DNA from: a virus
Taxonomy: Duplodnaviria; Caudoviricetes
IMG/VR virus record: IMGVR_UViG_3300032295_001751
Location: 1 to 25,167 of that record
Reading direction: 5' to 3' (one strand)
DNA length: 25,167 nt
Shown: piece after piece, positions 24,699 to 25,167 of the stretch
How positions within the stretch are numbered: the stretch's first letter is position 1
Layout of the letters: every line of letters begins with the position of its first letter
Translations under genes and position numbers: made by a program
The notes under the pieces: model-generated
The model's database searches: none
Told to the model about the DNA's origin: nothing
Seen by the model: the letters and a program-made list of their open reading frames with translations, nothing else

Positions 24699-24714
24699 TG
24701 GCACGGGGTGTGCT
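24699..24714 (+). promoter_or_regulatory. Sigma54 (RpoN) -24/-12 promoter
   Basis: TGGCACG-GGGT-GTGCT vs consensus TGGCACG-N4-TTGCW. Exact GG-N10-GC spacing with one mismatch. Intergenic, at the head of the plus-strand arm. Confidence 0.7.
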
Positions 24715-24725
24715 GAATGTCTCGC

Positions 24726-24818
24726 ATGAAACGCAACACCGCGGAACTCGACATGCTCATGGCATGGATGGCCATCCCGACCATCGCGGCGATTGTGCTT
24801 AGCGCGCTGGGCTACTGA
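24726..24818 (+). CDS. Small single-TM peptide, 30 aa (MKRNTAELDMLMAWMAIPTIAAIVLSALGY), probably leaderless
   Basis: Below the ORF-track cutoff. ATG lies 13 nt after the -12 C, at the expected start site. No SD. Contains a ~20-aa hydrophobic segment. Confidence 0.55.
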   Translation: MKRNTAELDMLMAWMAIPTIAAIVLSALGY

Positions 24819-24835
24819 TACCCCCAACCTATACC

Positions 24836-24849
24836 GCGCCACGTGGCGC
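24836..24849. repeat. Perfect 14-bp palindrome GCGCCACGTGGCGC
   Basis: Read directly from the sequence. It ends 1 nt before the AAGGA SD of the next gene. Confidence 0.8.
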
Positions 24850-24860
24850 CAAGGAATACC

Positions 24861-25061
24861 ATGAACGGCTGGTGCACATCCCTTTTCGCTCTGCTCGATT
24901 CCTCCCACGCGACCGATACCGCGATTCGCGACGCTGTCGACGCGTATCTTGCGGACCGTCGCAAATCTCGCGAACGGGCGTGGACGCCCGATACCATCGA
25001 TGCGTCGTTTGATCCGGACGCCATCGAATCCGACTCATCCGAATGGGAAAGCGACTACTGA
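24861..25061 (+). CDS. Small acidic protein, 66 aa
   Basis: SD AAGGA 5 nt before ATG 24861. 15 D/E vs 6 K/R. TGATG-coupled to the next ORF. Confidence 0.7.
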   Translation: MNGWCTSLFALLDSSHATDTAIRDAVDAYLADRRKSRERAWTPDTIDASFDPDAIESDSSEWESDY

Positions 25062-25167
25062 TGACCCACATAACCTTCGTTTCTGTCGCGCGTCGGCTCG
25101 ACGCTGGCACGTACTCGCCGCTCATTGCCCGCATGGTCGCACCACCACCACCACCACCACCGAAGCC
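25061..25167 (+). CDS. Hypothetical protein, truncated (MTHITFVSVARRLDAGTYSPLIARMVAPPPPPPPK...)
   Basis: ATG overlaps the previous stop (TGATG). The frame stays open to the window end. Confidence 0.45.
   Translation, partial: MTHITFVSVARRLDAGTYSPLIARMVAPPPPPPPK
25140..25161 (+). repeat. Trinucleotide microsatellite (CAC/ACC)7
   Basis: Read directly from the sequence. Encodes the poly-Pro run in the coupled ORF frame. Confidence 0.85.

Larger units (their letters stand above)
1..25167. mobile_element. Tailed dsDNA phage (Caudoviricetes, podovirus-like morphogenesis module), partial genome
   Basis: Gene order is terminase-portal-scaffold-capsid-adaptor-nozzle-three ejection proteins-fibre-small membrane proteins. 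ATGA/TGATG overlaps are dense. No tape-measure, sheath or major tail tube gene is recognised, and no host housekeeping genes. Free phage vs prophage cannot be decided because no att site or integrase is in the window. Confidence 0.95.

Noticed and set aside
1-25167. CRISPR array, tRNA, diversity-generating retroelement, intron/intein, integrase or att site
   Set aside because: No regularly spaced repeats, cloverleaf, reverse transcriptase, duplicated template/variable region, intein splice motifs or recombinase seen by eye. A covariance-model scan was not possible.

Overview
The whole window is a segment of a GC-rich tailed dsDNA phage genome with podovirus-type (short tail plus ejectosome) architecture. 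No host genes, integrase, tRNA or CRISPR array are visible. Positions 1-23861 are one tightly coupled minus-strand arm. In transcription order it encodes small Zn-ribbon and AT-hook proteins, large terminase, portal, scaffold, major capsid, small head proteins, head-tail adaptor, a 1625-aa tail nozzle-type protein, three internal virion (ejection) proteins, a tail fibre with two assembly-type genes, and small membrane/lipoprotein genes that probably start the lysis module. A ~860-bp non-coding region (23862-24725) carries a packaging/terminus-like signature. It is followed by a divergent plus-strand arm starting at a sigma54-type promoter. The most unusual observations are three. (1) A hydrophobic 96-aa ORF appears overprinted inside the 5' part of terL, with strong local codon distortion and TGATG coupling. 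(2) The sigma54 promoter's predicted start site falls on the ATG of an unannotated 30-aa membrane peptide, implying a leaderless mRNA. (3) Beta-rich domain insertions occur in three conserved virion proteins. All functional calls come from motifs and gene order read by eye, not database searches.
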